NCBI RefSeq assembly: GCF_902713615.1
Contig: NC_052149.1
Coordinates: 239,108,823 to 239,172,822 of the forward strand
Source: Scyliorhinus canicula
Taxonomy: Eukaryota
Direction: 5' to 3'
Length of the DNA: 64,000 nt
The notes under the pieces were generated by a model. The model was given only the letters and a program-made list of their open reading frames with translations. It had not been told where the DNA came from and made no database searches. Made by a program: the position numbers and the translations under genes. Below are positions 51,206 to 64,000 of the stretch, piece by piece (within the stretch, counting starts at the first letter, position 1; each line of letters opens with the position of its first letter).

Positions 51206-52230
51206 TAATCACAGAATAATGCAGCGCAGAAAAGGCCCTTCGGCCCATTAACTCTGCACCGATACATGAAAGACACTTGACCTGCCCACCTAATCCCATT
51301 TGCCAGCATTTGGCCCATAGGCTTGAATGTTATGCCGTGCCAAGTGTTCATCACGTACTTGTTAAAGGATGTGAGGCAACCCGCCTCTACCACCCTCCCA
51401 GGCAGCGCGTTCCAGCCTCTACCACCCTCCCAGGCAGTGTGTTCCTGACCGTCACCACCCTCCCAGGCAGTGCGTTCCAGATTGTCACCACCCTCTGGGT
51501 AAAAAATATTTTCCTCATATCTCCCTTAAACCCCCTGCCCCTCATCATTAAATTGTGTCCCCTCGTAACTGACCCTTCAGCTAAGGGGAACAGCTGCTCC
51601 CTACCCACCCTCTCCATGCCTCTCATAACCTTGCCCACCTCGATCAGGTCACCCCTCCAGCGAAAACAACCCAAGCCTATCCAACCTCTTTTCATTTTTT
51701 GTTTAAATTTTTTTATTGCCATTTTTCAAAATTATGTACATTTGCCATTTGTTTTCATTCATTATACAATGTAGAAAAAAGGCTTTGTTCTACTTTTCTA
51801 TGTTTTATTTACATACTGTTGCCGCCTAGTTCCCCCACACCCACCTGCCCCCCTCAGCCAACCTTTCTCTAGCCCCTCCCACTGTCCACTGTCCTCCCCC
51901 CACTGTTGTTCTCCCTGGTCGATCCAGGGGGGGAGGGTGCTCCCCTTTCTACTTGTTCTCCCCCCCCCTTTTCTTTCTTCCCTCTGTCAGCTTCCGCTGT
52001 GTTCTTTTTGTGGTGACGGGGGGTTGCCCCTCTCTTGTGTTATCTCACTTTGTCCAACCTCCCTTCGCAGCTTAAGTGTTCCATCCCAGGCAACATTCTG
52101 GTGAATCTCCTCTGCACCCCCTCCCTGGTGCAATCACATCCTTCCTATAATGTGGTGACCAGAATTGCACACAGTACTCCAGCTGTGGCCTCACCAAAGT
52201 TCTATACAACTTCAACAAAACATTGTGCAA
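51206..52230 (-). mobile_element. CR1 3' fragment with an internal tandem triplication and a nested insertion
   Basis: RGDLIEV...REQLFPLAEGS...FFTQRVVTIWNALP and [25 protein letters not shown]. Confidence 0.85.
51689..52052 (-). mobile_element. 5'-truncated L1-type 3' tail inserted into CR1
   Basis: Minus strand has a G-rich body, AATAAA and an A-rich end. TSD TCCAACCTC at 51680-51688 and 52053-52061. Confidence 0.65.
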
Positions 52231-53129
52231 TTTAGTTCGTGGGACTAATGGGATCAAGGGATGTGTGGGGAAGGCAGAATCAGAGTATTGAACTTGATGA
52301 TCAACCATGATCATAATGAATGGTGGAGCAGGCTCGATGGGCCGAATGGCCTCCTCCTGCTTCTATTCCCTGCGATTCTCTGTGTGATGAGGATTGGCCA
52401 CTTGGCTCATGGAAGTTCATGGAACTGACATTTACACAGGGTCGTTAATGACGTCAGGACATTCCAATGTATTTTACTGCCAACTCCATGCCTTTCGCCT
52501 GTTGCTATGGTTTCTGAATTGTTGATTTTGTACACAAAAACAGCAACCTATTAAATGACCAGATAATTTTATCTTTAATGATGCTCGTTGAGGGATAAAT
52601 ATTGGTCAGGATGTTGGGGAGTACTCACTTGCCGTTGTTCAAAATAGTGCCGTTGGATATTTTATATTCATTTGAAATAGCAAGCGGCTCAAACAAAATG
52701 CCCAGTACTTCTGACAGTGCAGCACTCACTCAGTACTGGATTAGGAGAGTCAACACTCTCTGGTTTGCAATTTGAACTCTCAACCTTCGGTTTCAGAGAA
52801 GACGATGCACAATGCTGGCAATGCTCTGCAGTGTTAGCAATTGACCATGTTAATACATTCGTACAAGACTGCAGGTGAAACATCACCATGTCTCCCTCAG
52901 ACCTCCTCACTGCGCTTCTGATCTATAACTCTCTTCTCTGCCCTGTTCACATTCAAGCCAGAGTCCCCTCCATGCAAAGCTTCTTCCTCACAATTGCAAT
53001 CATTGAATTGTTCCAACAAAGAAAGGAGCCAGTGTTCCCATAGGGTATTATTTTTCTGAGTACTGTGCTGTACTTTTCTTTGTTCTTTTGTTTGTATCTC
53101 AAGGCAAGTAGAGATTATTTCATTACAGA

Positions 53130-53620
53130 CCTGACTTGTGCCTTGTAGATGATGGACAGGCTTTGCGGGAGTCATGGCGTGAGTTACTCATCGTAGATTT
53201 CCTCACCTCTGACCTGCCTGGTAGCCACAGTATTAATATGATTTGTATAGTTCAGTTTCTGATCAATGGTAACCCAAAGGTTATTGTTTGTGGGGGATTC
53301 TGTGATGTTAATGCCATTGAACGTGAGGGGGTGGTGGTTAGATTCTCTCTTATAGGAGATGGTCATTGCCTGGCACTTGTGTGGCGCGAATGTAACTTGC
53401 TACTTGTCAGCCCAAGCCTGGGTATTGTTCAGGTCTTGCTGCATTTGGACACGGACTGCTTCATTATCTGAGGAGTCGCAAATGATGCTGAACATTGTGC
53501 AGTCATCAGCGAACATCCTCGCATCTGACCTTGTGATGGAAGGGATTGATGAAACAGCTGAAGATGGTTGGGTCTAGGACACTACCCTGAGGAACTCCTG
53601 CAGTGATGTCCTGGAGCTGA
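53130..53620 (-). mobile_element. LINE (CR1/L2 group) RT thumb fragment
   Basis: ORF 53184-53366 reads HPLTFNGINITESP...LWVTIDQKLNYTNHINTVA. Confidence 0.7.
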
Positions 53621-53639
53621 GATGGTGTTTTATCAAGAG

Positions 53640-54575
53640 GGAGATTGAAGTAGTTGATTTGGAGATGAGTGGTGCTGAATCTTAATAAAGGGAACTATGA
53701 AGATTTGAGGTGTGAGTTGGCCTTGATTGATTGGGGAGAGTTACTGAAAGGGATGACAGTGAATAGACAATGGCAGACATTCAAGGAATGCATGGGGGAA
53801 CTGCAGCAACTGTTCATTCCTTTCTGGCAGAAAAGCAAAGGGGGTAAGTGGATCAATCCATGACTTACAAAGAAAATTAGAAATAGTATCCAATCCAAGG
53901 AAGAAACATACAGATTTTCCAAGAAAAATAATTGGTCTGAGGATTGGGAGCAGTTTAGCATTCAGCAAAGAAGGACAAAGGGATTGATTAAGAAGGGGAA
54001 AGTACAGTACGAAAGGAAGCTTGCAAGGAACATAAAGACTGACACTAAGAGTTTGTATAGATATGTGACGAAAAAGAGATTGGTTGAGAGAAATGTCAGC
54101 CCCCTACAGACAGAAACAGGGAAATGAGTAAGAAGGGACAAAGAAATGGCTGAGCAATTGAATACAATTTGGTTCTGTCTTCATAAAAGAGGACACAAAT
54201 CAGACACCAAAAATGATGGAAAATGAAAGGATTAGTGAGAGGGAAGAACTGAGGGAGATCAACATGGCTGAGGAACTGAACAGGTTTTTTGGGTCAGTCT
54301 TCACAGTGGAAGACACAAATAACATGCCAGTGACTGATGACAGGTGAGGACCTTGAGAGGATTGTTATCACTAAGGAGGTAATGATGGGCAAGCTAATGG
54401 GGCTAAAGGTAGACAAGTCTCCTGGCCCTGATGGAATGCATCCCAGGGTACTAAAAGAAATTGCTATGGAAATTGCAAATGCACTCGTGATAATTTACCA
54501 AAATTCACGCGACTCTGGGGTGGTTCCGCCGGATTGGAAATTAGCAAACATGACACCACTGTTTAAAAAAGGTCT
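53640..54575 (+). mobile_element. CR1 ORF2 fragment (APE-RT linker and start of RT)
   Basis: LNLNKGNYEDLRCELALIDW, KSPGPDGMHPRVLKE, PPDWKLANMTPLFKKG. Confidence 0.85.
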
Positions 54576-54899
54576 GTTAAAAAAAGGCTTCTTGATACAA
54601 CCCACAGCTTTTTGCACAGACAATGGAATGCTCGGTACTGATCACTGAAAGGTCATTTATTCAGGTACATTGTGATTACTTCTTGGTTCTTGATCATTAA
54701 AAATTTAAGTTGTATAAAATGAAACCACCATATGAAAAACCATTTGTTTCCAACTATATTCTTACCAGCTTTGAAAGCAACTGGAAATAATAAGCCAAGA
54801 CGTGATAAAGAGATTAAAGTTTGACCCATTGGCCTGATTTTCAAAGTGTGATTAAGTCACGCAGGTGATTTAATTTTTGAATGCAGGAGGTGCACTTAG

Positions 54900-57800
54900 T
54901 GTCAAACCGGTGGCATTTAGCACCTCCAGGAGCCCGCAGCAAAAGCAGGTGGCAGCCATATTGGAGACTGCAGCTGGCTTGCTAGTTTGAGCAGCAGTGA
55001 GGAAAATAAAAGTAGTTTAAGGGATTTGCATTTGTTTTGGTAAACATTAGAAATAAGGCACAGTTTCAAGAGGGTTTAATTTAATGTTTCTGAGCCTGGA
55101 AGAATAAAGGCTGTAGTTGGATTCATGCTGGACAAAGGTGTCTGTATATGTGGGGGTCGGTTAAGTTCCTGCTGTGTTTCCATGGTGCTTACCTTTTCAG
55201 TGGCAGCGGCAGAGTTCAGACCTGGGAAGAGAACCCAAGGCTCAGGGGAGTACAAAAGGCAGGTAAGGTAAGGCCAAATTCACTTACCAATCGGCAGGGT
55301 AAAAGTACGGAGGCATTCTGAGTTCACAGTTCAGAAAGTGACATGGGACCAACGAGAGCAGATGATTGGTGAGTAAGTCCTGGTGGGTATTTTAAAATTA
55401 TATTAAATTGTAAGTCATTATTTAAGCAAGAGCAGTGATTATTTGAATTATTTTATTTTTTTAAAGAAGGGTTTAAATTTGAAGGTTTTAGACATGGCAG
55501 GAGAAATCAAAGCCTTAGTATGCTCCTCCTGCTCTATGTGGGAAACTGGACACATTTCCAGTGCCCAGGGACCTTCATATGTGCAGGAAGGATGTCCAGC
55601 TGCAGTTTCTGAAAGCTCAGGTTTCAGAGCAAGAATGGCGGCTGGGGGAGCTGTGTAGCATCTGTGAGGCTCAGAGCATCATGGATAGCACTCGAGGAGT
55701 GCAGACAGAGCCAAGCCGCTGACACCACAAGAAGCCAGGTCCATATAGGAGGCTGAACAAGAGCAAGAGCATTCGTAATGGGAAATTCTATTGTCAGGGA
55801 AACAGAGAGGCGCTACTGTGCCCATCAAGGTGACTCGAGGGTGGTGTGTTGCCTCTCTGGTGCCAGGGTCCAGGATGTCGCTGAATGGCTGCAAGGCAGC
55901 AGTAAGGGGGAGGGTGACAAGGCAGGTGTCATGCTACATGTTGGTAGCAATGACATCGGTAGAAAGAGGGATGAGGTCTTGCATCAAGGATTCAGGGAGC
56001 TCGGCAGTCAAGTAGATAGCAAGACATCTGGTACTGTAATCTCTGGATTACTCCAAGAGCCAAATGCTAGCGAGAACAGAAATAGGAGAATAACGCAGAT
56101 GAATGGTTTAAGAGTTGGTTCCAGAGGGAGGGTTTTAGATTCCTGGGACCATTTCTGAGGAAGCTGGAATGTGCACAAATGAGACCGTCTATTTGCTAGT
56201 GCTGTTGGGAGGAGTTTAAACCAATTCGGCTGGGGAAGAGGGACACTTACTGTTAGCGCAATAGCGACATAGAATAACACATTTTAAGCAATCAAGTCAG
56301 AGGGAATACAGCAGTATAAAGTTTCAAGGGAGTAAGTCCAGGCTGAATGGCCTCCACTTTAATGGCAGGCATATTATGGGTAAAATGGATGAGTTAAAGG
56401 TGTGGGTGGACACGTGGAATTGTGACATAGCAGCCATCACAGAGACATAGTTGAAGGAGGGGCAGGATTGGCAGTTCAACAATCTGGAATCTTCTGGCGA
56501 GACACGGGAGGGAGTAAAAGAGGGGGCGGCATTGCATTATTAGTTAAGGAGTCAGTTACTGCAGCAGCGATAGATGATATATTAGAGGGGCATCAAATGA
56601 AGCATCGTAGGTAGGGCTTAGGAATAAAAAAGGGACATCCACATTGCTTATTATAGATGCCCAGATAGTCAGCGGGAAATTGAGGAGCAAATATGTGCAC
56701 AATTCACAGAGGTATGTAAAAATAATAACAATCGGGTAATTGTACTAGGTGATTTCAACTTTCCTAACATTAATTGGAATAGTCTTGGTGTGAAGGGCTC
56801 AGGTGGAATCGATTTCTTAAAATATACGCAGGAGAATTTTTTTGGTCAATATATAGAGATCCAATAGGGATAGAGCAGTGCTGGACCTAATTCTGGGGAA
56901 CGAAGCTTGACGGGTGGTTGAGGGGATGGTGGGGAGCATTTTAGTGATAGTGACCACAGCTTGTTATGGACAAAGAAATTGACAAGTTGCAAAGAAAAAA
57001 GTTTTGGATTGGGGGAGAGCAGTAAAATAGTAAAATAAGGCCGGATCTGGCCAAGGTACGCTGGGAACAGTCACTTGTGGGGAAATCTGCAGAAGAGCAG
57101 TGGGGAGCATTCAAAAAGGAAATGGGGAGGGTGCAGGCCCAACCTGTCCCCTCGCGGGTGAAAGGAAGGAGCAACAAAGCCCAGAGATATTCAGGGTAAG
57201 ATGAAAAGGAAAAAGAGAGGCTTTTAGCGAGCACAAGGTGAGCAAAACATTAGAGGCATTCGTGGAGTACAGAAAGGGCAGGGTGGAGCTTAAGAAAGCA
57301 ATTAAAAGAGCAAAGAGAGGGCATGAGAAAGCTCTGGCTGGTAAAAGTAGGGAAAATCCCAAGTTATTCTATCAGTGTATCAATGGGAAGAGGATAACCA
57401 GGAAAAGAGTTGGGGCCATTAGGGACCAATGGGGAAAGCTGTGGGTGGAGCCAGAGGACATTGGTAGGGTGTTGAACAAATACTTCACATGTCTTCACCC
57501 AAGAGATTGAGGAGGTAAATATGGAACTCAAGGAGTGAGGCTATGATATTTTTGAGCAAATTGACACAGGGAGTGACAAGGTATTACATAGAAGATCCAG
57601 TGCAGAAGGGGCCCATCAAGTCTGCACCGACCCACTTAAGCCCTCACTTTCACCTCATCCCAAAAACCCAATAACCCCTCCTGACCTTTTTGGTCAATCA
57701 GGGCAATTTATCCTGGCCAATCCACCTAACCTGCACATCTTTGGACTGTGGGAGGAAACTGGAGCACCCGGAGGAAACCCACGCAGACACGGGGAGAACA

Positions 57801-59238
57801 TGCAGACTCCGCACAGACAGTGACTCAGCGGGAAAATCGAACCTGGGACCCTGGCGCTGTGAATCCACAGTGCTATCCACTTGTGCTACCGTGCTGCCCC
57901 TTGGAGGGGTTGGCAGGCTTAAAAGTGGATAGGTCTCCAGATCCAGATGAATTGTGTTCCGGGTGCTGTGGGAAGCGAAGGAAATGATTGCAGGGGCTAT
58001 AACCCAATTTTTTTATTCCAATCTGGCCACGAGGTAGGTGCCAGAGGACTGGAGAACACTAGTATGGTTCCACTGCTTAAGAAGTGTTGTTGAAATAAGC
58101 CAGGGAACTATAGACCAGTGAGTCTCACTTCAGGGTTAGGAAAACTATTGGAAACAATTCTGAAGGAGAGATTCTACCCCGACTTGGAGAAGCAAGGTTT
58201 GATCAAGTCAGCATGGCTTTGTCAGAGGGAGGTTATGCCGAACAAAATTGTTTTCATTTTTTGAGAAGGTCACCAGGTGTGTAGATAAGGGTAGTTCAGT
58301 TGATGTTATTTATATAGAAAAATGCACATGGGATACAGGATAATTTGATTAGGTGGATTCAAAATTGTCTTAGTTGTAGAAAACAGAGAATGATGACAGA
58401 TGGCTGCTTTAGTGACTAGAAGCCAGTGATGTACCACAGGGATCTGTGCTGTGCCCCCTATTATTTGTCATTCATATAAACACCATAGATGATTATGTGT
58501 GGGGTAGAATCAATAAGCTTGGGGATTACACAAAGATTGGCTGGGTGATTAATAGTGAGGTTGAGTGTCTTGGGGTACAGATGGTGAAATGGACAGATAA
58601 GTGGCATATGGAATTTAACCATGAAAAGTGTGAGGTGATACACTTTGGAAGGAGTAATTTGACAAGGAAGTATTCAATGAAATGCATGACACTAGTAATT
58701 TCTGAGGAACAAAGGGACCTTGGCGTGTTTGCCCATAGATCTCTGAAGAGGGGATGGCTGTTTAATAGAGTGGTGAAAAAGTCATATGGGACACTTTCCT
58801 TTATCAATCGGAGAAAAGATTACAAAATCTGGGAAGTCATGTTGGACTTGTGTAGAACTTTGATGAGGCTACAGCTGGAATACTGTGCGCATCTCTGGTC
58901 ACCACATTATAGTAAGGATGTGCTTGCACTGGAGGGGGTGCAGAGGAGATTCACCACAATTTTGCTTTAGATTGAACACTTAAGCTATGAAGAGAGGTTG
59001 GATAGGCTTGGATTGAATTCGCTGGAGCAGAGAAGACTGAGGAGCGACCTGATTGAGGTGTACAGGGTTATGAGGGGCAGGGACAGGGTCGATAGGGAGC
59101 AGCTATTCCCCTTCGTTGAAGAGTCAGTTACGAGGAGACCAAGATTCAAGGTGAGGGGAAGGAGGTTTAAGGGGGATATTTTTTACCCAGAGGGTGGTGA
59201 TAGTCTGGAATGCACTGCCTGGGAGGATAGTAGAGGCC
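54900..59238 (+). mobile_element. Near full-length degenerate CR1 LINE (ORF1 zinc finger and SGNH esterase; ORF2 APE-RT)
   Basis: LVCSSCSMWE near 55515. Esterase-like GNSIVR...CCLSGARVQDV...HVGSNDIG at 55778-56158. APE motifs (ITET, GDFNFPNINW) at 56330-56950. RT and thumb motifs (LCPLLFVIHIN, LEYCAHLWSPHY, RRLRSDLIEVY). Many stops and frameshifts. Split by a HE1 SINE. Confidence 0.9.
57587..57900 (-). mobile_element. HE1-type SINE nested in CR1
   Basis: Core on the minus strand. It interrupts ORF2. Confidence 0.9.
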
Positions 59239-59239
59239 A

Positions 59240-60326
59240 GTTAAGGCATTGATAAATAAGAGGCCGAAGCCTATGGGTGTTCCTTAGCAACTAGTGTCTT
59301 GTAAGGTCGAGAAACTTTTAAGAGTTAGTTTAGCTAATTTGGTTGCAGTTAGAGTTTGGTTGTGCGAGAGAAAGTAACTCATACAGCTCTGCGAGAAGTG
59401 GTTTGTTGGAAGGCGAGAGAGGAACCATCTCTCTCTGCTTTTCGAGAAGAAAAGCCTTATCATGGAGTATTGGTTATGAAAACAAGTGCACAGATCCTTA
59501 CAGCAGCTAGGTAAGGAAACTAGAGAAAAGAAGAGAAGTTTCCAAGAAGTCTGCAGTTAAAGATACTAAAACAGAGAACTGCTCAGTAAAGACAGATCAA
59601 GCTGAGAAGAGATCTGAGATGCCAGAAAGATATCTGCAGTGATTTTCAGGTTTGTGAGATTTTGTTGCAACCTGTGGAACGTGGGTTGAAATAGCTATCA
59701 GAATATGTGGCTGATTCTTGGATTTTGTTCAAAAGCAGTTAAAACAAAGGAAACATAAAAGGGGTTGTGCAAATTCTTGGACTGTATTCACTTTTAAAAG
59801 TTGAGCAAAGCTTTGGGTTAAAAAAGTAATTTGCAGATCCTTGACTGGATTTCAGAATGCAGACCGTTAAGGAAAAGCTTAATTACGAGAGAAAATCTTA
59901 ACGTGCGCTTTTCAGGTCAGAGTTTGGAAACTCTCATGCGACAATCATCTGGGAGAACTCTGAGGAGACAATCATTGACTTGGAGTTCAGAGTGAAGTGT
60001 GTAATGGCCCACAGTCACTTTGTGTGATGAAAAGGGAATTTGCGTTAATGAGACCATTGTCGATTAGAATGTCCTTTGTAATCTGTATTAATCCTGAAGC
60101 CTGTGTGTATTTGTTAAGCCCAGTAGGGAGTAAAGGAATATTGTATTATAATCCATTTTTTATATATTTAATAGATTTTTTTCTTGTTGTTGAAACTACT
60201 TAGCGGTCCTGTAGCTCTGTTTGTCCATATTTTTAAACAAATTAAAGTTTCCATTATTCCCGTCCAGTTATAATTTCAAATGGGAGGTCCTAAGATGGCC
60301 AGCAGTGTTTACATGGGGTCATCACG
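59240..60326 (+). mobile_element. Probable LTR abutting the CR1 3' end
   Basis: LTR-like composition ending ggggtcatcac. GTTAAGG recurs at both ends. Confidence 0.45.
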
Positions 60327-60371
60327 TTAAGGTACAGTGCTGAACCTCCTGTTAATTGGTCAATCCGAAGA

Positions 60372-60713
60372 ACAATAGAACACCTACAGTGCAGAAGGAG
60401 GCCATTCGGCCTGCCGAGTCTGTACTGACCCTCTGAAAGAGCACTCTGCCGAGGCCCACTCCCCCGCCTTTTCCCAGTAACCCCATAACGCCGCCTAACT
60501 TGCATATCTTTGTACACTAAGGGGAAATTTAGCATGGCCAATCCACCTAACCTGCACATCTTTGGGCTGAGAGAGGAAACCGGAGCACCCGGAGGAAACC
60601 CACGCAGACACGGGGAGAAAGTGCAATCTCCACACAGTCACCCGAGACCGGAGTCGAACCAGAGTCCCTGGCGCTGTGAGACAGCAGGGCTAACCACTGT
60701 GCCACCGTGCTGC
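60372..60713 (-). mobile_element. HE1-type SINE
   Basis: Core on the minus strand. Confidence 0.9.
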
Positions 60714-61020
60714 CTGTTCAGTTTTCCGCAAAGACAGATGAACTTCCGACAATTAATCCAACGATTGGGCAGTAGCATGTTTAAATCCTTCCATGTGATT
60801 TGGTCATCATTGGCTAGGCCAGCATCTGTTGGCTATCCCTAATCGCTCTTGAGAAGGTGTTGGTGAGCCGCCATCTTGAACCGCTTGGGCCGGTATATGT
60901 AAAGTTCTTTTGGGAAGGGAGTTTTCGTATTTTGATCCATGGACCAGAATGTCTAGATCATTTTACCTCGCATTCACAACTGCCCAGGTCGGTTAAAAAG
61001 CTCCTTAACAAGCAGAGTGG

Positions 61021-62821
61021 GGACTTCCGGTGACGGCGGGCGGGAGGCAGCCGCGCATTGGAAGGGTCCCGTTCGGGAACGGCATTTTCGGGGTTTAACA
61101 CCCGGTTCCAGGGGCAACGGAGGCGGCAAAAGCAGGGAGTAGGCACAGCGAAGGGAAATATTGAAAACAAGTAAAATAAACAGCCTTGAAAAAAGCAACT
61201 GGAAGTCCGTCGGGGAGTGGAAAGGTCACCGCGGGGACGGCAAGAAAAGTGGAGGCTGGGGCACCGGGGAGGCCGCATTGCTCACGGCTGAAGAAATGAC
61301 GAAGGTGATAGCTGAGGAACTCGAAAGGCAGTTCACAAAACACATGGAGGCGATGAGGAAGGAGATGGGGCGGTATTGAAAGTGCTGGTGGAGGAGGCGA
61401 TTGCCCCGGTGAGGGCGGCGGTATTGAGCGCAGTGGCGGAGGTGTGGGAGCAAGGTGAGGTGCTGAAGGAAGTGGAAGAGACATTATCGCAGCTCAGTGA
61501 TCCACTCACCTCGATGGGGAAGGAGATGCAGAAGGTGACAGAGATTAACAAGGACCTGCGAGCCAAAATGGATGACTTGGAAAACAGATCCAGGCGACAG
61601 AATCTGAGGATTGTGGGTCTGCCCAAAGAGTGGAAGGCCCGAGGCCGACTGAGTATTTTGCCGCGTTGTTGGCGAACCTATTGGGGAGAGGAATGATCCC
61701 TCCCATATGAACTGGATCGGGCTCATCGGTCGTGGAGGCCTGTACCAAAGGAGAGTGAGCCGCCAAGAGTAGTGAATCTGTGTTTTCGTAGGTACAGTTT
61801 GAAGGAGAAGGTCCTGTGCTGGGCAAAGCAGAAGTGGGTGGTGCAGTGGGCTGGAGCTGGTATACGCATATATCAGGACTTTACGGTGGAGCTGGCAAGG
61901 AGGCGGGCTGCCTTCAGCTGGGTGAAGAAGGCACTGTACAACAGCAAGGTGCAGTGTGGAATAGTATATCCAGCTAAGTTGAGGGTGACCTACAAATCCA
62001 AAGACTTTTATTTCGGGATGGCGGAAGCAGCGGAGGAGTTTGCGAAGGCAGAAGGACTGTGGCTGAATTGAAAAATGGTCATATGCCGATGTAACCTTCA
62101 TGTAACTGTATTTTTTCACTGCGTGCTGGTGTATGTACTAAATGAGCCAACCTTGTATATACTTGGACAAGGGAAGAGATGGGACTTCCACTTGCAATGA
62201 TGGTTCTTTGGGGTTTGGGTGTGTATGCGGGGTTGCGTGCTAAAGGGGATTTCTTGGTTTTCCTGGGACCGGGCAAAGGGGAAGGAGACCTGGTCGGGGG
62301 CCTCCATGCTGGCCAGTTTAAGGCGGCCAGTGAACGGGAGTGAGGTGGGGGGAGGGGCTGCGGCCCCGGCAGAACAGGTTCCGATGAATCTAGCCGGGGT
62401 GGAAAGTTGGGGGGAAGGAACAGAGGTTAGAGGGAGGAGTTTTGTCAGAGGAAGTGGAGGGGAGGAGTCGGGGAGGGGGTGGTTCCAATTCATGGGTGTC
62501 ATTTACGGTACTCTTTTGGGGATTGGATGGCATCGAATGTTAGGGGGAGGGGTGGGGGGGTGGACTCTATAGGTCAATGGTGACCTTAGGCCATTCCTGA
62601 TTCCGTTTTCTTTTTTTTCCTTTGTTTGTCCCACCGTGGGAGGGTTTGTTTTATTTGATGCTTATATTGTCAGGTGGGCCGTTGTTTGGGGTGGTGAGAG
62701 GATGGGATCGTTGTTGTTGATAAGGGGGTTGACTTTGTATTTGTTACCGTTTACTGCGTGTTGGCGGGGTGTAAATTCTGAAGAAAATGTGAAAATGGAG
62801 AATAAAAATATTTTACAAAAA
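61021..62821 (+). mobile_element. L1-clade non-LTR element with ORF1 only (HAL1-like or internally deleted L1)
   Basis: 5' end GGACTTCCGG. Frameshifted L1 ORF1 at 61161-62071 (coiled coil, DDLENRSRRQNLRIVGLP, IRIYQDFT, YPAKLRVTY). About 750 bp G-rich tail, AATAAA at 62801 and a short A tail. TSD AC[A/G]AGCAGAGTGG at 61008-61020 and 62823-62835. Confidence 0.85.
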
Positions 62822-62914
62822 TACGAGCAGAGTGGGCTGTTAATTGGTGGCAAGCTGGTTGGGGGTGGGTAGGTGGGTGGGGTGGTGGATTTATGAAGAG
62901 AATTTTGGAGCATA

Positions 62915-63254
62915 GGAGCGTCACGGTAGCACAGTGATTAGCACTGTTGCTTCACAGCTCCGGCGTCCCAGGTTCGATTCCCTGCTGGGTCACTCTCTGT
63001 GCGGAGTCTGCACGTTCTCCCCGTGTCTGCGTGGCTTTCCTCCGGGTGCTCCGGTTTCCTCCCGCAGTCCAAAGATGTGCTGGTCTGGTGAATTGGCTGC
63101 GCTAAATGTCCCCTCAGTGTCCAAAAAGGTTAGGTGAGGTTGGGTTACGGGGATAGGGTGGAGGGGTGGGCTGAAGTAGGGTGCTCTATCCAAGGGCCAG
63201 TGCAGATTCGATGGGCTGAATGGCCTCCTTCTGCACTGTAAATTCTATGACTCT
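62915..63254 (+). mobile_element. HE1-type SINE
   Basis: Core and tail present. Confidence 0.9.
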
Positions 63255-63366
63255 ATAAATAAGGCCCCGACAGCTGAAGACACAGCCTTCAATGGTGGTT
63301 GGGAATGCCGAAGAGCAGAGAATTGGAGGAGTGCGGATATGAAGGAGGGTCATGAGGCAAGAGGGA

Positions 63367-63618
63367 TGTTATAACCTGCCTGCCTACCATTGGCTGGGGA
63401 CTAATGACAATCCCACAATCCTGTGGGAGTATGAACTTCCCCAATGAGGGGGGCGGAGAAATCATTAGCAGACTCCCTGCCAGTTTGGAACCAGCAGGGA
63501 GAGAGGAGTCAGCTGCAAGGGAAGTTGCTGCTATTGTATATATAAATGTTATTGTAAATAAATGTTATTTCTTTGTATCCTGAAGACTCGTGCTGGATTC
63601 TTCGTGGCCCTCACAAAA
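63367..63618 (+). mobile_element. Short solo LTR inside an L2-like fragment
   Basis: TGTTAT start, TATATA, AATAAA, ACAAAA end. GGGA-like flanks. Confidence 0.6.
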
Positions 63619-64000
63619 AGGGGATTTCAGAAATAGGGAGGGGCAAAGTGATGGAGGGGTTTGGAAACAAGGCTGAGAATTTAAACGCAAAGTTCTTGCT
63701 GAGCCAGGAGCCATGGCAACGCAGACAACCAGTGATAGGTTTACCGGGAGATAGTTTCTTTGATGCAAGTTCAGATACTGGTGGCAGAGGGTTTTGAAGG
63801 AACAGAATATTTGAGAAGAATAAATTTAAGAAGCATATTTAAATGCAACCCATTGTTTTGCTGACATAAATCATCAGCAGAGGGCTTGGTAATAGTGAAA
63901 ACAATGTGCTCCCATGAGAGATACAAAGATCATGCAATAAGGAAATGTACGGCATCCCACGCTCTGATTTATTGTTGCTTCATGACTAACGGCCTATATA

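Noticed and set aside
51380-51495. CRISPR-like repeat array
   Set aside because: It is a tandem duplication within CR1, has no unique spacers and lies in eukaryotic DNA.

Overview
Eukaryotic, repeat-dominated genomic DNA, almost certainly from a cartilaginous fish (shark): it has many HE1-type tRNA-derived SINEs plus CR1, L1, Tx1, Rex1, RTE and Penelope retroelements, solo LTRs and PIF/Harbinger transposon fossils and MITEs. There is no intact long host ORF. Almost all ORFs in the supplied track are spurious or transposon-derived. The window looks like large introns of a minus-strand gene. I found three short candidate coding exons (50098-49924, 42530-42467, 23776-23714), each with canonical splice sites and a single open frame, and the first two join in phase. 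I cannot name the gene. Repeat-free AT-rich islands between the repeats may be conserved enhancers. The most notable accessory elements are a TSD-flanked ORF1-only (HAL1-like) L1 element at 61021-62821, a TSD-flanked Penelope-derived fold-back carrying an intact minimal hammerhead ribozyme at 33281-33483, a family of CpG-rich Harbinger MITEs with NRF1/CRE-like palindromes, and a decayed coding-like fragment of unknown origin at 170-825. Repeat boundaries were read by eye and are approximate unless a TIR or TSD is quoted. There is a 134-N assembly gap at 13000-13133.
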